This document shows positions 9,222 to 18,379 of a stretch of DNA of 40,541 nt, one piece after another. The stretch is from a virus: positions 1-40,541 of IMG/VR virus record IMGVR_UViG_3300043609_000044. One strand, given 5' to 3'. The notes under the pieces are model-generated. The model did no database searches and was not told where the DNA came from. It worked only from the letters and a program-made list of their open reading frames with translations. Both the position numbers and the translations under genes were made by a program. Position 1 is the first letter of the stretch; the number at the start of each line of letters is the position of its first letter.

Positions 9222-9670
9222 TACTTCCTCCCCAGCAGATCGAGATGCACCTGGCGGGTGCGCGGCGAGTCCCCGCCTTGCTGCTGCGCCTGGAGTTCCG
9301 CCATCACTTGCGCCAGCACGTCGGACGGCGGCGGCCCGGCCTGCGACAAGTCCGCCGACGGGTCACTCATGTTGGTCATGTACGGCGACTTCGACGCGGA
9401 CGCCTTCGGCGCGACGGGGGTATTGCTGCCCGTCCCCGGCGCGTCCCCGAGCCGCTGATCCCAATACGGCGTGTTCGCCGTCCAGTCGGGGTGCGACTGC
9501 AGATAACTGTCGAACAGTTGGCCGTTGAACCAGGGCGTGTCGGCGAAGTTTTGCAGATACGACGACCGGCCTTCCGGCGTGTTCTGGTAGCTCGGCGGCG
9601 CATTCGGCCGCGCCAGTGGGTCATTCGGATCGTTCGGATCGACAGGCGGACGGAAGGGGGAGGTCGCCAT
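9221..9670 (-). CDS. Hypothetical virion protein
   Basis: TAATG coupling at both ends. Contains the PPSYQNTP motif. Confidence 0.6.
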   Translation of the reverse strand: MATSPFRPPVDPNDPNDPLARPNAPPSYQNTPEGRSSYLQNFADTPWFNGQLFDSYLQSHPDWTANTPYWDQRLGDAPGTGSNTPVAPKASASKSPYMTNMSDPSADLSQAGPPPSDVLAQVMAELQAQQQGGDSPRTRQVHLDLLGRK

Positions 9671-10437
9671 TAGCCAGTCACCTCAAAGGTCGCTGAGACC
9701 ATGACGTGGGCGGCCGTCGTGACCGCCCACGCCGCGAACGTGAGCTTCTGGAGTTGGATCACCGTCTGCCCGGGGAAGCCAAAGACGAAGCCCGACGAGG
9801 TATACGGTCCACCCTCACTGAAAATGAACGGCAGTTGAAACCGTCGCGCGATCTGATAGCCGGCGGGGAGCGCAATGGTAAGCGTCACCGGGGCCCCGGT
9901 GATCTCCGTCCCCGCCGCCGCGACCTGATAGTGCATGGTCTGACCGATCAGCGTCCACTGCTGGTACTGCATATCCACGCTTTGCACGACCCAGGTATTC
10001 CCTGCGCCGACGGCGGCAAAGTCCGCCGCGTTGAACGGGACATCCTGCCAGTCGCCCATGGCGACGGTTCGGCCCCGCTGATACACGCCGTCGCTCACGC
10101 GGAGCCCCAAGCCGACCCCGCCCACCTGGCCGACGCGGGCCGCCTCCACGTTGTTATAGAGGACGGTGAGCCACGGGGTGGTGCCGCCAGGGGTCGGCGT
10201 GATCGCGATCTGTGTCCCTTTGGCGATCGTGCGCCGGAACGACGCGGGCGCCAAGCGTTCGTCGCGCACCGTGACCGGCCCGTCCACCAGGACGCTCGAC
10301 GCCGTGATCGCCCCATGGCCGCCCTGCGCGTTGTGCTGCTGGCCGAGATAGGCGTTCAACTTCGCGACGAGTCCGTCCAATTCCTGGGCGGTTGTCTCGC
10401 TGAGTGTGGCGGGGTTATCGAGATAGGGCATGGCCAT
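9670..10437 (-). CDS. Tail-associated beta-rich protein (fibre/spike-like)
   Basis: Start MAMPYL at a TAATG overlap. Beta-rich composition. Follows the large tail protein. Confidence 0.6.
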   Translation of the reverse strand: MAMPYLDNPATLSETTAQELDGLVAKLNAYLGQQHNAQGGHGAITASSVLVDGPVTVRDERLAPASFRRTIAKGTQIAITPTPGGTTPWLTVLYNNVEAARVGQVGGVGLGLRVSDGVYQRGRTVAMGDWQDVPFNAADFAAVGAGNTWVVQSVDMQYQQWTLIGQTMHYQVAAAGTEITGAPVTLTIALPAGYQIARRFQLPFIFSEGGPYTSSGFVFGFPGQTVIQLQKLTFAAWAVTTAAHVMVSATFEVTG

Positions 10438-12422
10438 TACCGCGCCCCCGTTTCGAGTTCGTCGGCGCCGATCCATTGATCGAGTTCAAACGTCTGGTCG
10501 AGCGGTTCGCCGTCGCCGATCGTCAGTTGCAGCGCGATGAGGTCGGCGATATCGGTCGCGTCAAAGAACCGGCGCACCCGCGACTCGGCCCCACTCGGCA
10601 CGAGCGACTGGGTGCTCGCGACCGAGGCCTGGCCGAAGTCTTTCGTGAGGGCCTGGGTAATGGTGGCGGCGCCGGCTTTCGCCACGAGATAGGCTTCCAT
10701 GAGGCGCTTGCGCCGCCGGAGCGTCCCCCCCGTGAAGTACCTCGACGCAATGGACCCACGAAACGCGGTGCCGGCGTCGGTGTTCAGCGTCCCGTCCTGA
10801 CGCAGCAGTTGTTGTGTCCCGGTCGCGACGGTGAAGTTGCCGACATACGGCACCGTCGCGATCGGCCGCACGGCGGCCAGCGTCTTGGCAAACATGAGGG
10901 CGCAATGCGCTTGGGCCAGAATGCCGTCGTACACCGACCACCCGTACCGGAGGATCGACGCCCCTTCCATGCGCCCGCGCGCCACGTCGAGCACGAGCAG
11001 GGTATTCGGCCGGCCGCTCGTGCCGGTCGCCACCCACCACAGCACGAGTTTACGCCGGCCGTCATACACGCCAAACGCGATCAAGGCCGCATCCAGGTTC
11101 ACGGTGCGCCAGATATCGGCCACGTCCTTCCCCATCCACTCCATCGTCCGGCCGACGCTGATCCGGCGCGGCCCGTCGTCCGGGTCGAGGAAATACAGGC
11201 ACGGCTGGCCGTCCTGATCCTCGCCGATCACTTGCGACCAGTGACTGACCGAGCCATAGGCCGTCGTCATGACGACACGCGCAAACGGCGCGATCGGATC
11301 CCCGGTCGGCACGAGCATGTAGATCCCTTTGCTTTGAAAGGCATACATGCGGTTGTTCAAGGGCCCCGAGAGGCCCCGGTCCACGCCGCCGCCGCCCAGC
11401 GGCGAGCAGTCGATCCAGCCCTGCTGGGTCAGCGTGTTTGACACGCGTTCGTCGTCGCCGGTCTCGGAACTCCCGAGCGCCGGGGTGAAATAGACGCGGC
11501 CAGGGACAGGTGGCATGGCGTCCCCAGCGGCGGTTTCCCACACGCCAAAGCCAAACAGGTGCAGACCGTCCGACCCCACGAATTTCACGGACGGAAACGG
11601 CGTATCCGCCCCCACGAGCGGCGAGAGCGCGCCGAGCGCGTAGTCCACCGGGTTGACGGTGTCGAAAAAGTCCGTCGGGCCGGTGTAGGGCAGATCGCCA
11701 GACAGTTGGTAGTAGGCCAAGTCGTCGGCCGAGGCGTGGTACTGCAAGTGCGTGTCGCCCTCGCCGGGGGCGCCATTCGGCTGGAGGTGGACGGACGTGC
11801 CCGTGCCAGACGGCGTGAACGTGGTCGCCGCGCTCAGGTTCGACTGACTCAGGACGACGCCGCCGACGATGCGTTTGACCTGGAGCCGGTAGTAGCGCAC
11901 GACGGCGGCATACGTGCCGACGCCACTATCGCTCGCAAGGGGCGCGTTTGGGGCCCGTATCCCCGTGCGGCGAATGGCGCCACCCCCATACACCGGGTCA
12001 TAGACATGCAGGCGGTTGACGGACGAGTTGTAGGCAATAAAGAGTTTGCCGTGATGCTGGACGAACGAGGTCAGATACGCACGGTTCGGGTCTTCGTAGG
12101 CATCCCCCAAGGCCCCTAAGGGGAGTTTGATGGCCGCCGCCACGGGGATGCGAAAGATGGACCCGGTGGTATCGACAATGAAGAGTTCTTCTTTCGTCTC
12201 GTCCTGCCCCGGCAGAAACGCCGCCATCGCGTAATAGCCGACGACGGGGTCGCCGGTGAGCGTGACGGCGACCGAGCCGTCGCGCTTCTTGCCGAGCGCG
12301 CCCGTAAAGCGCCAGTTCAGCGCCTCGACGGCCATATCCTCTGGCACGACGAGCGGGCTGTCCCAGCCGTTTCGGCCGTTGCAGACCAACCACTCTAGGG
12401 GGCGCGTCTGTTGCGTGGCCAC
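10437..12422 (-). CDS. Large tail protein (nozzle/tubular-B-like by size and position)
   Basis: 661 aa, GTG start. Sits between the adaptor-like gene and the internal-protein block. Assigned by synteny only. Confidence 0.6.
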   Translation of the reverse strand: MATQQTRPLEWLVCNGRNGWDSPLVVPEDMAVEALNWRFTGALGKKRDGSVAVTLTGDPVVGYYAMAAFLPGQDETKEELFIVDTTGSIFRIPVAAAIKLPLGALGDAYEDPNRAYLTSFVQHHGKLFIAYNSSVNRLHVYDPVYGGGAIRRTGIRAPNAPLASDSGVGTYAAVVRYYRLQVKRIVGGVVLSQSNLSAATTFTPSGTGTSVHLQPNGAPGEGDTHLQYHASADDLAYYQLSGDLPYTGPTDFFDTVNPVDYALGALSPLVGADTPFPSVKFVGSDGLHLFGFGVWETAAGDAMPPVPGRVYFTPALGSSETGDDERVSNTLTQQGWIDCSPLGGGGVDRGLSGPLNNRMYAFQSKGIYMLVPTGDPIAPFARVVMTTAYGSVSHWSQVIGEDQDGQPCLYFLDPDDGPRRISVGRTMEWMGKDVADIWRTVNLDAALIAFGVYDGRRKLVLWWVATGTSGRPNTLLVLDVARGRMEGASILRYGWSVYDGILAQAHCALMFAKTLAAVRPIATVPYVGNFTVATGTQQLLRQDGTLNTDAGTAFRGSIASRYFTGGTLRRRKRLMEAYLVAKAGAATITQALTKDFGQASVASTQSLVPSGAESRVRRFFDATDIADLIALQLTIGDGEPLDQTFELDQWIGADELETGAR

Positions 12423-12425
12423 GCC

Positions 12426-13409
12426 TCACCACCTGCCGGATGGGAACGCCACGCCGTTGTGGTCGAGGTTGTTGCTCCGGTCGTGGAGACGGCCCACGCG
12501 CGGACGATAGTCCGGGGGAAAATTGATCCGGTCGCGTAACGACTTCAACTTCTCTGTGTACCCGGCCTGCGCCATGGCGAAACGGCTATCGTCGCGGTAT
12601 TCGTACTCACGCATTCTCCCGAAGTCCGCGAGGATGTCCTGAAAGTCCTCGGGGACGAGCGGGATGGTATTAGTCGTGGACAAGTCCTGAATGGACAGCG
12701 TCCCGTCCAGTTGATAAATACGCGCGTCTGACGGCGTGGGCCAGAGCCGAATGCCGAGGTACTGCACGGTGAGGTTTGGTGCCTGAATCGACGCCAGCCG
12801 GTGTTCGGGCGTGAGCAGGGTGTTCGAGTCGTAGAGTTGCACCGACCCCACGCAGGGCGCGCTCAATTGCAGGGATTGAATCGCGTCCACGAAGACGTCA
12901 ACGAGCACGGGCGTCGTGCCCGCGAGCGTCACCGTCGCCAGGTGGGTATCGGTGTCGATGTTATCGACGTTCCGCATCGTGCGAACCGTGAGCGTTTGCG
13001 TGATATCGAGGGGACTGACGCTCGTGACGTAAATCGAACTCCGGTCGGGGTCGCGTTGCACCGGGTGCAAACCAATGGGGATGTAATGGGTGGGTGTGCC
13101 GCTGCTGTTTTCTTGCGGATCAATCGTGCGGAACTCGTCGAGTGTCATGAGCCGCAGCCGGATCGCGCTCGTCGTATCGACGAGGTGGGAAATTTGGACG
13201 ATATTCTGCGGCACGCCGTAGTTCTTGATGGCGGCGAGTGACGTGAAGGTGACGTTGGCTAGACGCAGCGGCAGCATTTCCGGCAGCGACAGGAGTTGAC
13301 GGTAGCCATCGTTCAAAAAACGGGTCAGCCGCGTCGTCACGACGGCCGAAGGAATGGCGTCGTACCCGAGGTCGCTTTGGAGCGCGGCGAGTAAGTCATT
13401 CAAGGTCAT
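12426..13409 (-). CDS. Tail adaptor/tubular-A-like structural protein
   Basis: 327 aa. Assigned by position in the late operon. No named motif. Confidence 0.55.
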   Translation of the reverse strand: MTLNDLLAALQSDLGYDAIPSAVVTTRLTRFLNDGYRQLLSLPEMLPLRLANVTFTSLAAIKNYGVPQNIVQISHLVDTTSAIRLRLMTLDEFRTIDPQENSSGTPTHYIPIGLHPVQRDPDRSSIYVTSVSPLDITQTLTVRTMRNVDNIDTDTHLATVTLAGTTPVLVDVFVDAIQSLQLSAPCVGSVQLYDSNTLLTPEHRLASIQAPNLTVQYLGIRLWPTPSDARIYQLDGTLSIQDLSTTNTIPLVPEDFQDILADFGRMREYEYRDDSRFAMAQAGYTEKLKSLRDRINFPPDYRPRVGRLHDRSNNLDHNGVAFPSGRW

Positions 13410-13414
13410 GGCAA

Positions 13415-15811
13415 TTACGCAAACGGATATGTCAGGCCCGCGCCCGCGTTGTAGAGCGTCGTGCGCTCGGCGGGCGTGAGCACCCGTCGCCAGAAGCCGA
13501 CTTCGTCCAGCAAGCCATCAAACGAGAGGCTGCCATCGCTTCTCGCGCCGAGGACGAACGGGACGGCCGAGGCGGTGGGTTGTAAGACGGTGGACGTTTG
13601 CACGGCGGCCCCGTTGTTCATTTGCATAAAGAGGACATCGGCGGCAATGTCCAATCCGCACACAAAAAAGGCCCACGTACTGACGGTGATGGCTGGAGAC
13701 GCCGCCGCCGCCACCCCGTTAATGAGGATGACTAATTGGTTGTCTTGGGTGCGGACCTCAAAGAAACTGCTGTCTTTGAAGATCACCAACGAAAAGGAGG
13801 GCAGCGTTTCCGGCCGCATCCATCCAGCGAAGGTGAAGTCCGTCGCGCTGAGATCGAACGTCGCATTATTGGCACAGGACAGGTATTGCACCGAGTCAAA
13901 TTCGAGATCGCAGGCGTTGCCAATCTTCCCAGCGACCCCCACAGGCGCATTCGTCGGGGTCAGGTGATTGGTGCCGACGGCATCCACGCGCGTACCCGAC
14001 ACCTCGTCCAATTTCCAATAACTCGTCAGGCCCGTGAGAAGACTCGACGGTGCCGTGAGCCCCGTGACGACGAGCGCGCCCTGGTCGTCCGTCCGTCCGC
14101 GCAGGTTCAGGAGCGGCGACGGGCCACTCGTCAGCGTCCCGGCGGGGCCAGACGTGACGATGAGCGCGCCGGTTTCGTCCGTGCGGCAGAGGAGGTTCCC
14201 GAGGTCGGTGAGCGGCCCGAGCACGCCCGCCGTGACCGACGCCACGCGCAGCGACCCCTGATCGTCCGTTGTCACGCGCAAATTCCCGAGCGGGGTGCGC
14301 GGCGTGCGGAGCGCGCCCGCCGTCACACTCGTCACTTGCAGCCCTGCGTCCGTCGTCTCGCCGCAGAGGTGCGGAAAGATCGTCAGCGGGCCAATGACGC
14401 CTGGCGTGCCGGGGGTCGTGGCGGGCACCACGACGACGGCGCCGTGCTCGTTCGTCTTGCCGTGCTTGTTGCCGAGTTTGGCTTTGATGTGGGTATTCGC
14501 GGGGGGGCCGGGCGGCTCCGGGGCGGCGAACACCGCGAGCGAGGCGGCATAGATGCCGGAATTGGTGATCGTCCAGGTCACGCTCTGCGTCGTCCCGCCA
14601 GGACTCGTCAGCACGCGACTGTCGCCTTCGCCATAGGCGGCGTTCGCGCCACTCAATAATTCGTGCTCCTGCATCCACGGCGGCGAGACCGACTCGACGG
14701 TGATCGACGATTGCGGGACGCCGGGCAGCGTGATGAGCACGCCGACGGCGAACGCTTGTGACGCGGCGGTCTGCAGGGCGGCAGTCGTGCCAGAGGTCGG
14801 CGTCAGTCCGCTCGCCGCCCCGTTGCCGACCACGCGGTCCACTTGGAACGCGCCAGTGAAGCCGCCGACCTCCAGCGCCCGCCCCGTGATCGAGACATTC
14901 GTGCCATTGAGCGCGGCCGTGATGGTAAACGAGCTGCCGGTTGCCGTGACGGCCAGACACGCGAAGATGGCGGCATGGAGCGCGCTCTGGGTCTGGTCTT
15001 GCACGAGCACGTAGGTGTTGCCGAAAGTATCGGTGATTTGCGCCGCCGTGAGCACCGTGCCCGTGCCATTGAGCGACAGCAACAGGATGATGGCATTGCC
15101 GAGGAGGGGTGGGGAGGCGAACGTCACCGTGGCGGTCGGGTTCAGGACCGTCGAGGTTTGCGGAGTTCCTTGTCGCCGCGCCAGGCCCGTCACCAGCACC
15201 CCCGGCCGAAACACGGCCAGCGACACGGCGTTCTCTGCGCTCGTCGTCCACGACCACGTCGGATTGATGGCCGCCGCCGTGCCTTGGACCAGATAGCCCT
15301 GCCCGCCATTCAGGGCCGTCCCCGCCGCGCCCGCGACCGTCACCGCCGTCAGTGCGGAGTTGACCGAGATCGCTTGGGGCACGGTCGCGAGCGACACGCC
15401 ACTGATAATGAGTGATCCGTTCGTGGTGGGCGTCAGGCTCCCGGTCGCCACGCTCGTGCCGGTCGATCCGGCCGCGCCATTTTGCGACTCGAAGATGGGC
15501 ACGAACGTATCGGTGAACGCGAGGACGACCATCCCGGCAAAAATTGAGGCCCCACTCACCGTAAAGGTGTGCCCTGGGCCTACCGCTGGCGCGAGCGCGT
15601 AATAGAGCCGGTGTTTCGCCGTCGATCCCGTCGTCCGTTCCGTGAGCGGCGTCCACGGATTGCCCTTGGAGTCACTCACCGTGCTGAGTGTGGCGAAGTA
15701 GGCCACACTCAGGACGATGAGATTGGCCCCCGTCGTATTAATGGCACTGGTCGTCGTCCCATTCGTGCCGGGCGGCGTACTGGTGACGGACGTCACGAGG
15801 GAAATTGCCAC
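13415..15811 (-). CDS. Tail fibre / receptor-binding protein with C-terminal LamG (concanavalin-like lectin) domain
   Basis: C-terminus: SYWKLDE..G..VD.VG ... FTFAGWM ... FDGLLDEVGFWRRVLTPAERTTLYN, a typical Laminin_G_3 pattern. Two paralogous N-terminal domains, both ending SLAVF. Confidence 0.8.
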   Translation of the reverse strand: MAISLVTSVTSTPPGTNGTTTSAINTTGANLIVLSVAYFATLSTVSDSKGNPWTPLTERTTGSTAKHRLYYALAPAVGPGHTFTVSGASIFAGMVVLAFTDTFVPIFESQNGAAGSTGTSVATGSLTPTTNGSLIISGVSLATVPQAISVNSALTAVTVAGAAGTALNGGQGYLVQGTAAAINPTWSWTTSAENAVSLAVFRPGVLVTGLARRQGTPQTSTVLNPTATVTFASPPLLGNAIILLLSLNGTGTVLTAAQITDTFGNTYVLVQDQTQSALHAAIFACLAVTATGSSFTITAALNGTNVSITGRALEVGGFTGAFQVDRVVGNGAASGLTPTSGTTAALQTAASQAFAVGVLITLPGVPQSSITVESVSPPWMQEHELLSGANAAYGEGDSRVLTSPGGTTQSVTWTITNSGIYAASLAVFAAPEPPGPPANTHIKAKLGNKHGKTNEHGAVVVVPATTPGTPGVIGPLTIFPHLCGETTDAGLQVTSVTAGALRTPRTPLGNLRVTTDDQGSLRVASVTAGVLGPLTDLGNLLCRTDETGALIVTSGPAGTLTSGPSPLLNLRGRTDDQGALVVTGLTAPSSLLTGLTSYWKLDEVSGTRVDAVGTNHLTPTNAPVGVAGKIGNACDLEFDSVQYLSCANNATFDLSATDFTFAGWMRPETLPSFSLVIFKDSSFFEVRTQDNQLVILINGVAAAASPAITVSTWAFFVCGLDIAADVLFMQMNNGAAVQTSTVLQPTASAVPFVLGARSDGSLSFDGLLDEVGFWRRVLTPAERTTLYNAGAGLTYPFA
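14042..14380 (-). repeat. Four tandem peptide repeats inside the fibre gene
   Basis: Units of the form PL.NL(R/C).(T)TD(D/E).G(A/S)L.V(T/A)S..AG.L at aa 476-590. Confidence 0.6.
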
Positions 15812-15859
15812 GCTAGGCCATTCGCTTGCTGGCTGCCATTGGCCGGGCCATCCTGCCGC

Positions 15860-16450
15860 CTAGAACTCGGCCTCGACGGGTTTGGCCGCGTCCGCCACGG
15901 CTGGACTCTGGTTCACGCGCGTGGCGAGACTCGACACCTGCTGTTTGAGCGCGCGAATTTCCTGCTCCATCTTGATCGGGTCGATCGCGTCCTCGCCGTT
16001 CAAGAGTTCCCGAATCGCGAGCGGCACGTTCTGCGGCAGCCCCATACGGTCGTCAATGGACTGGTGCGGCAGCATGATGAACCGGCGCTTCGGTGTGACT
16101 TCCGCGCCAAACTTCGGGTCGCCGCGCCACACCTTGGACGTCGTCACGCTGTTGAACGCGAGAATTTCGTCCGGCGTCAGTTGCGACTCTTCGGCGCGCG
16201 TCCCCAGCCACCAGGTGTCACGATCGAGTTTCGGTTTCGGCCGCGCCTCTTCCCCCTCGGGATAGGAAAACGGGCTAATGCCGGGGGTATAGGCGTTGCT
16301 CTGGCGCACGGTGCGCTGTTGCGCCTGGACCATGGCCATCATCGCCTCGGCGGCCGAGCCGTCGCCGGTGCTGCTGGCCTTGATCGCGTCGAGGAGTTGC
16401 GTGAATTGCTCGCCGGTCATGGTGACGGCGGGCGTCGGTTTGGTGTCCAT
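15860..16450 (-). CDS. Virion protein, unknown
   Basis: Internal ATG (MDTKPT) chosen because the longer track ORF overlaps the upstream gene and is Arg-rich nonsense. Confidence 0.6.
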   Translation of the reverse strand: MDTKPTPAVTMTGEQFTQLLDAIKASSTGDGSAAEAMMAMVQAQQRTVRQSNAYTPGISPFSYPEGEEARPKPKLDRDTWWLGTRAEESQLTPDEILAFNSVTTSKVWRGDPKFGAEVTPKRRFIMLPHQSIDDRMGLPQNVPLAIRELLNGEDAIDPIKMEQEIRALKQQVSSLATRVNQSPAVADAAKPVEAEF

Positions 16451-16469
16451 ACGTGTCCTTTGTCCGCAC

Positions 16470-16507
16470 GAGGCGGGAGGGCCAGGCGGCGTGGCCTCTC
16501 CCGCCTC
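16470..16507 (-). other. GC-rich stem-loop (14 bp, one bulge) directly after the capsid-associated gene
   Basis: GAGGCGGGAGGGCC ... GGCCTCTCCCGCCTC with no U-tract. Possible attenuator or mRNA stabiliser. Confidence 0.5.
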
Positions 16508-16524
16508 TCGCCTCGCTCGGGGGG

Positions 16525-17289
16525 TTATTCCAAGCGAATCATGACGGCCTGCACGCGACCGCCCACACCGGTCACGAGCATGGCGCCGACCACCTGGGTC
16601 GCCGCTGCCGCGCCGTCCACGACCGCCGCGCCGGCCGCCGTGCCGGGGACGACGATCGCGAGGCCGACGCCGGGCGTCCCGGCAATGAGCGCCGCGCCGA
16701 CGCCGCCGGTCTGAATCCAGTCGTAACTGCCGGCCGGGGTGGCAAACGTCGCCACGCCGACACACGCACCCGTGAGCGTCGTGATCGGGTTCTGGATGAC
16801 GCCGTTGTAGGGGTTGGCGACCAGGTCGATCTTGCTCGTGGCCACCACGATCTGGATGTCGATCGGCTGGCTGAGCGTGAGCGTGAGTTGCGCGCTGGCA
16901 TTGGCGGCTGGGTGGGAGGCGACCTGCAGCCGCTGGCCGATCCCCGGGCCGCTACTCACAATGATCCAGCCTTGCGCGTACTGGTTGGCGGTCGCCGCCG
17001 TGGCGCCGAGGACGACGGTGATCGACAGCGCGCCGACGTCGTAGGTGGTCCCGCCAATCGGGGCCATGTTCTGGTGCAGCGGCACCTCGGCCGGGGCTTG
17101 CAGCCAGTTGCCGGCGACGAGCGCCACCGGCGCGTAGGCGTAGCGGTAGATATTGCCGAACTGATCGACCGCTTTCGTGCCGAGGGCGTGTTTGCCGCCG
17201 GGGGTGACGCCACCCGAGGCGACGGGGGTGAAGGGGCTTCCGAGTCCTTGTGCAGTGGACTGCGGGTCGCCAGCAAGAGAGAGTGCCAT
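16525..17289 (-). CDS. Capsid-associated protein (decoration/cement candidate)
   Basis: Start MALSLAG preceded by AGGAG. Gly/Ala/Val-rich beta protein immediately after the major capsid gene. Confidence 0.6.
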   Translation of the reverse strand: MALSLAGDPQSTAQGLGSPFTPVASGGVTPGGKHALGTKAVDQFGNIYRYAYAPVALVAGNWLQAPAEVPLHQNMAPIGGTTYDVGALSITVVLGATAATANQYAQGWIIVSSGPGIGQRLQVASHPAANASAQLTLTLSQPIDIQIVVATSKIDLVANPYNGVIQNPITTLTGACVGVATFATPAGSYDWIQTGGVGAALIAGTPGVGLAIVVPGTAAGAAVVDGAAAATQVVGAMLVTGVGGRVQAVMIRLE

Positions 17290-17338
17290 GGTGTCTACTC
17301 CTGAAAGTGTGAAAAAAGGGAAGTTGAGCGCCGTGGAC

Positions 17339-18343
17339 TCAGCCCGCGCAGTTGTAAACAACTCCTAAATATCTCGGACCATTGAAACCGAGGTTGCCAA
17401 ACGTATACACCTTGGTCACTTCGGTCAGTTGGTTGGCCGGATCGACCGGGGGCAGCATCTTCATCCAGGCGTCACTGAGCACGGTGAATTTGATCGCCTT
17501 CGGGTTGAAGAAGCGGACTTCATTAGCCGGCGCGTCCTCGTCGTACATGAGGTCGCACTTGCCTTTGAACTGAATGGCGTCGTTCAGGAACCCAATGTCC
17601 CCGCCGGTCGCCTTGGCGCCGCGTTCGATCTTCTCCACCGCGACCAGCAAGCCTTCATACGCGGCAAACGTCGTCGCGTCGGTGATCGCGGCGGTCGGGA
17701 CCATGTCCACGCCGCCGAGCGAGCACTGGTTGAACGTCGTCGTCATGGCCGCGCGCAGGTTGTCGTAGATGACCGCCGTCTTCGCGCCACTGTTCGCGCG
17801 GTTGCGCGCGAACGGGAAGAGCGCGCGGTTGACGCCGCCGACCGTGCCGGTCGTGGGGGTGGACGAGATGAGCCGGGTGACGCCGTCGAAGTTGTTGCCG
17901 GTGCCGTCCCCCGTCCAGGCCTGCCGGTTCATGACGGCGGTGGCGGTGTCGCGCGCGTTTTCGAGTTTCGCGGCAATGACGTCAAACTTCTGATCGCCTT
18001 TGTTGCGCGCGGTTTCGAGGGTGGAGATGACGACCGTGCCGGCGCAGATCTTCTGGTTGAACTGGAAGGCGTCGAACGTGTCCACGCGCGTCGTGGGGAT
18101 GACGTCCATTTCGCCGATCATGCCGAAGTTGGTGTTCTCGGCGTATTCGATCGGGTACTCGAAGATGCGTCCGCCGGTGACGTCTTCCTTGAAGCCGGTG
18201 TAGCGCGCCTTGCCGTTGCTGTCCGGGTCGGCGAGCATGCGAATGAGCGCGCGGCTGTTGAAGACGTTGTTGGTGGGTCGGCCTTTGCCGACGATCGCCT
18301 CGAAGGTCGAGGCATACAACTGCCCGATATTGGGGTCGGCCAC
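17339..18343 (-). CDS. Major capsid protein (HK97-fold type)
   Basis: 334 aa, follows the scaffold gene. The overall pattern is typical of phage major capsid proteins. Call based on synteny plus recollection. Confidence 0.75.
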   Translation of the reverse strand: MADPNIGQLYASTFEAIVGKGRPTNNVFNSRALIRMLADPDSNGKARYTGFKEDVTGGRIFEYPIEYAENTNFGMIGEMDVIPTTRVDTFDAFQFNQKICAGTVVISTLETARNKGDQKFDVIAAKLENARDTATAVMNRQAWTGDGTGNNFDGVTRLISSTPTTGTVGGVNRALFPFARNRANSGAKTAVIYDNLRAAMTTTFNQCSLGGVDMVPTAAITDATTFAAYEGLLVAVEKIERGAKATGGDIGFLNDAIQFKGKCDLMYDEDAPANEVRFFNPKAIKFTVLSDAWMKMLPPVDPANQLTEVTKVYTFGNLGFNGPRYLGVVYNCAG

Positions 18344-18379
18344 TCGGAACCTACTCTCTGAACGAAAAGCCTGACGGAA

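Noticed and set aside
9147-9607. PPSY (PPxY late-domain-like) motifs in two virion proteins
   Set aside because: PPxY-WW domain interactions belong to eukaryotic virus budding. Here the motif lies within Pro-rich low complexity and is probably fortuitous or shared ancestry.
13896-15656. 586-aa ORF on the minus strand, out of frame with the tail-fibre gene
   Set aside because: The product is Arg/Gly/His/Asp-rich nonsense with no motifs. It is a typical alternative-frame ORF of GC-rich DNA. The fibre frame has coherent domains (LamG).
15569-18361. Long plus-strand ORFs (15569..16714, 16453..17304, 17429..18361) across the capsid region
   Set aside because: They are antisense shadow ORFs with Arg/Gly-rich products and no coupling or RBS.
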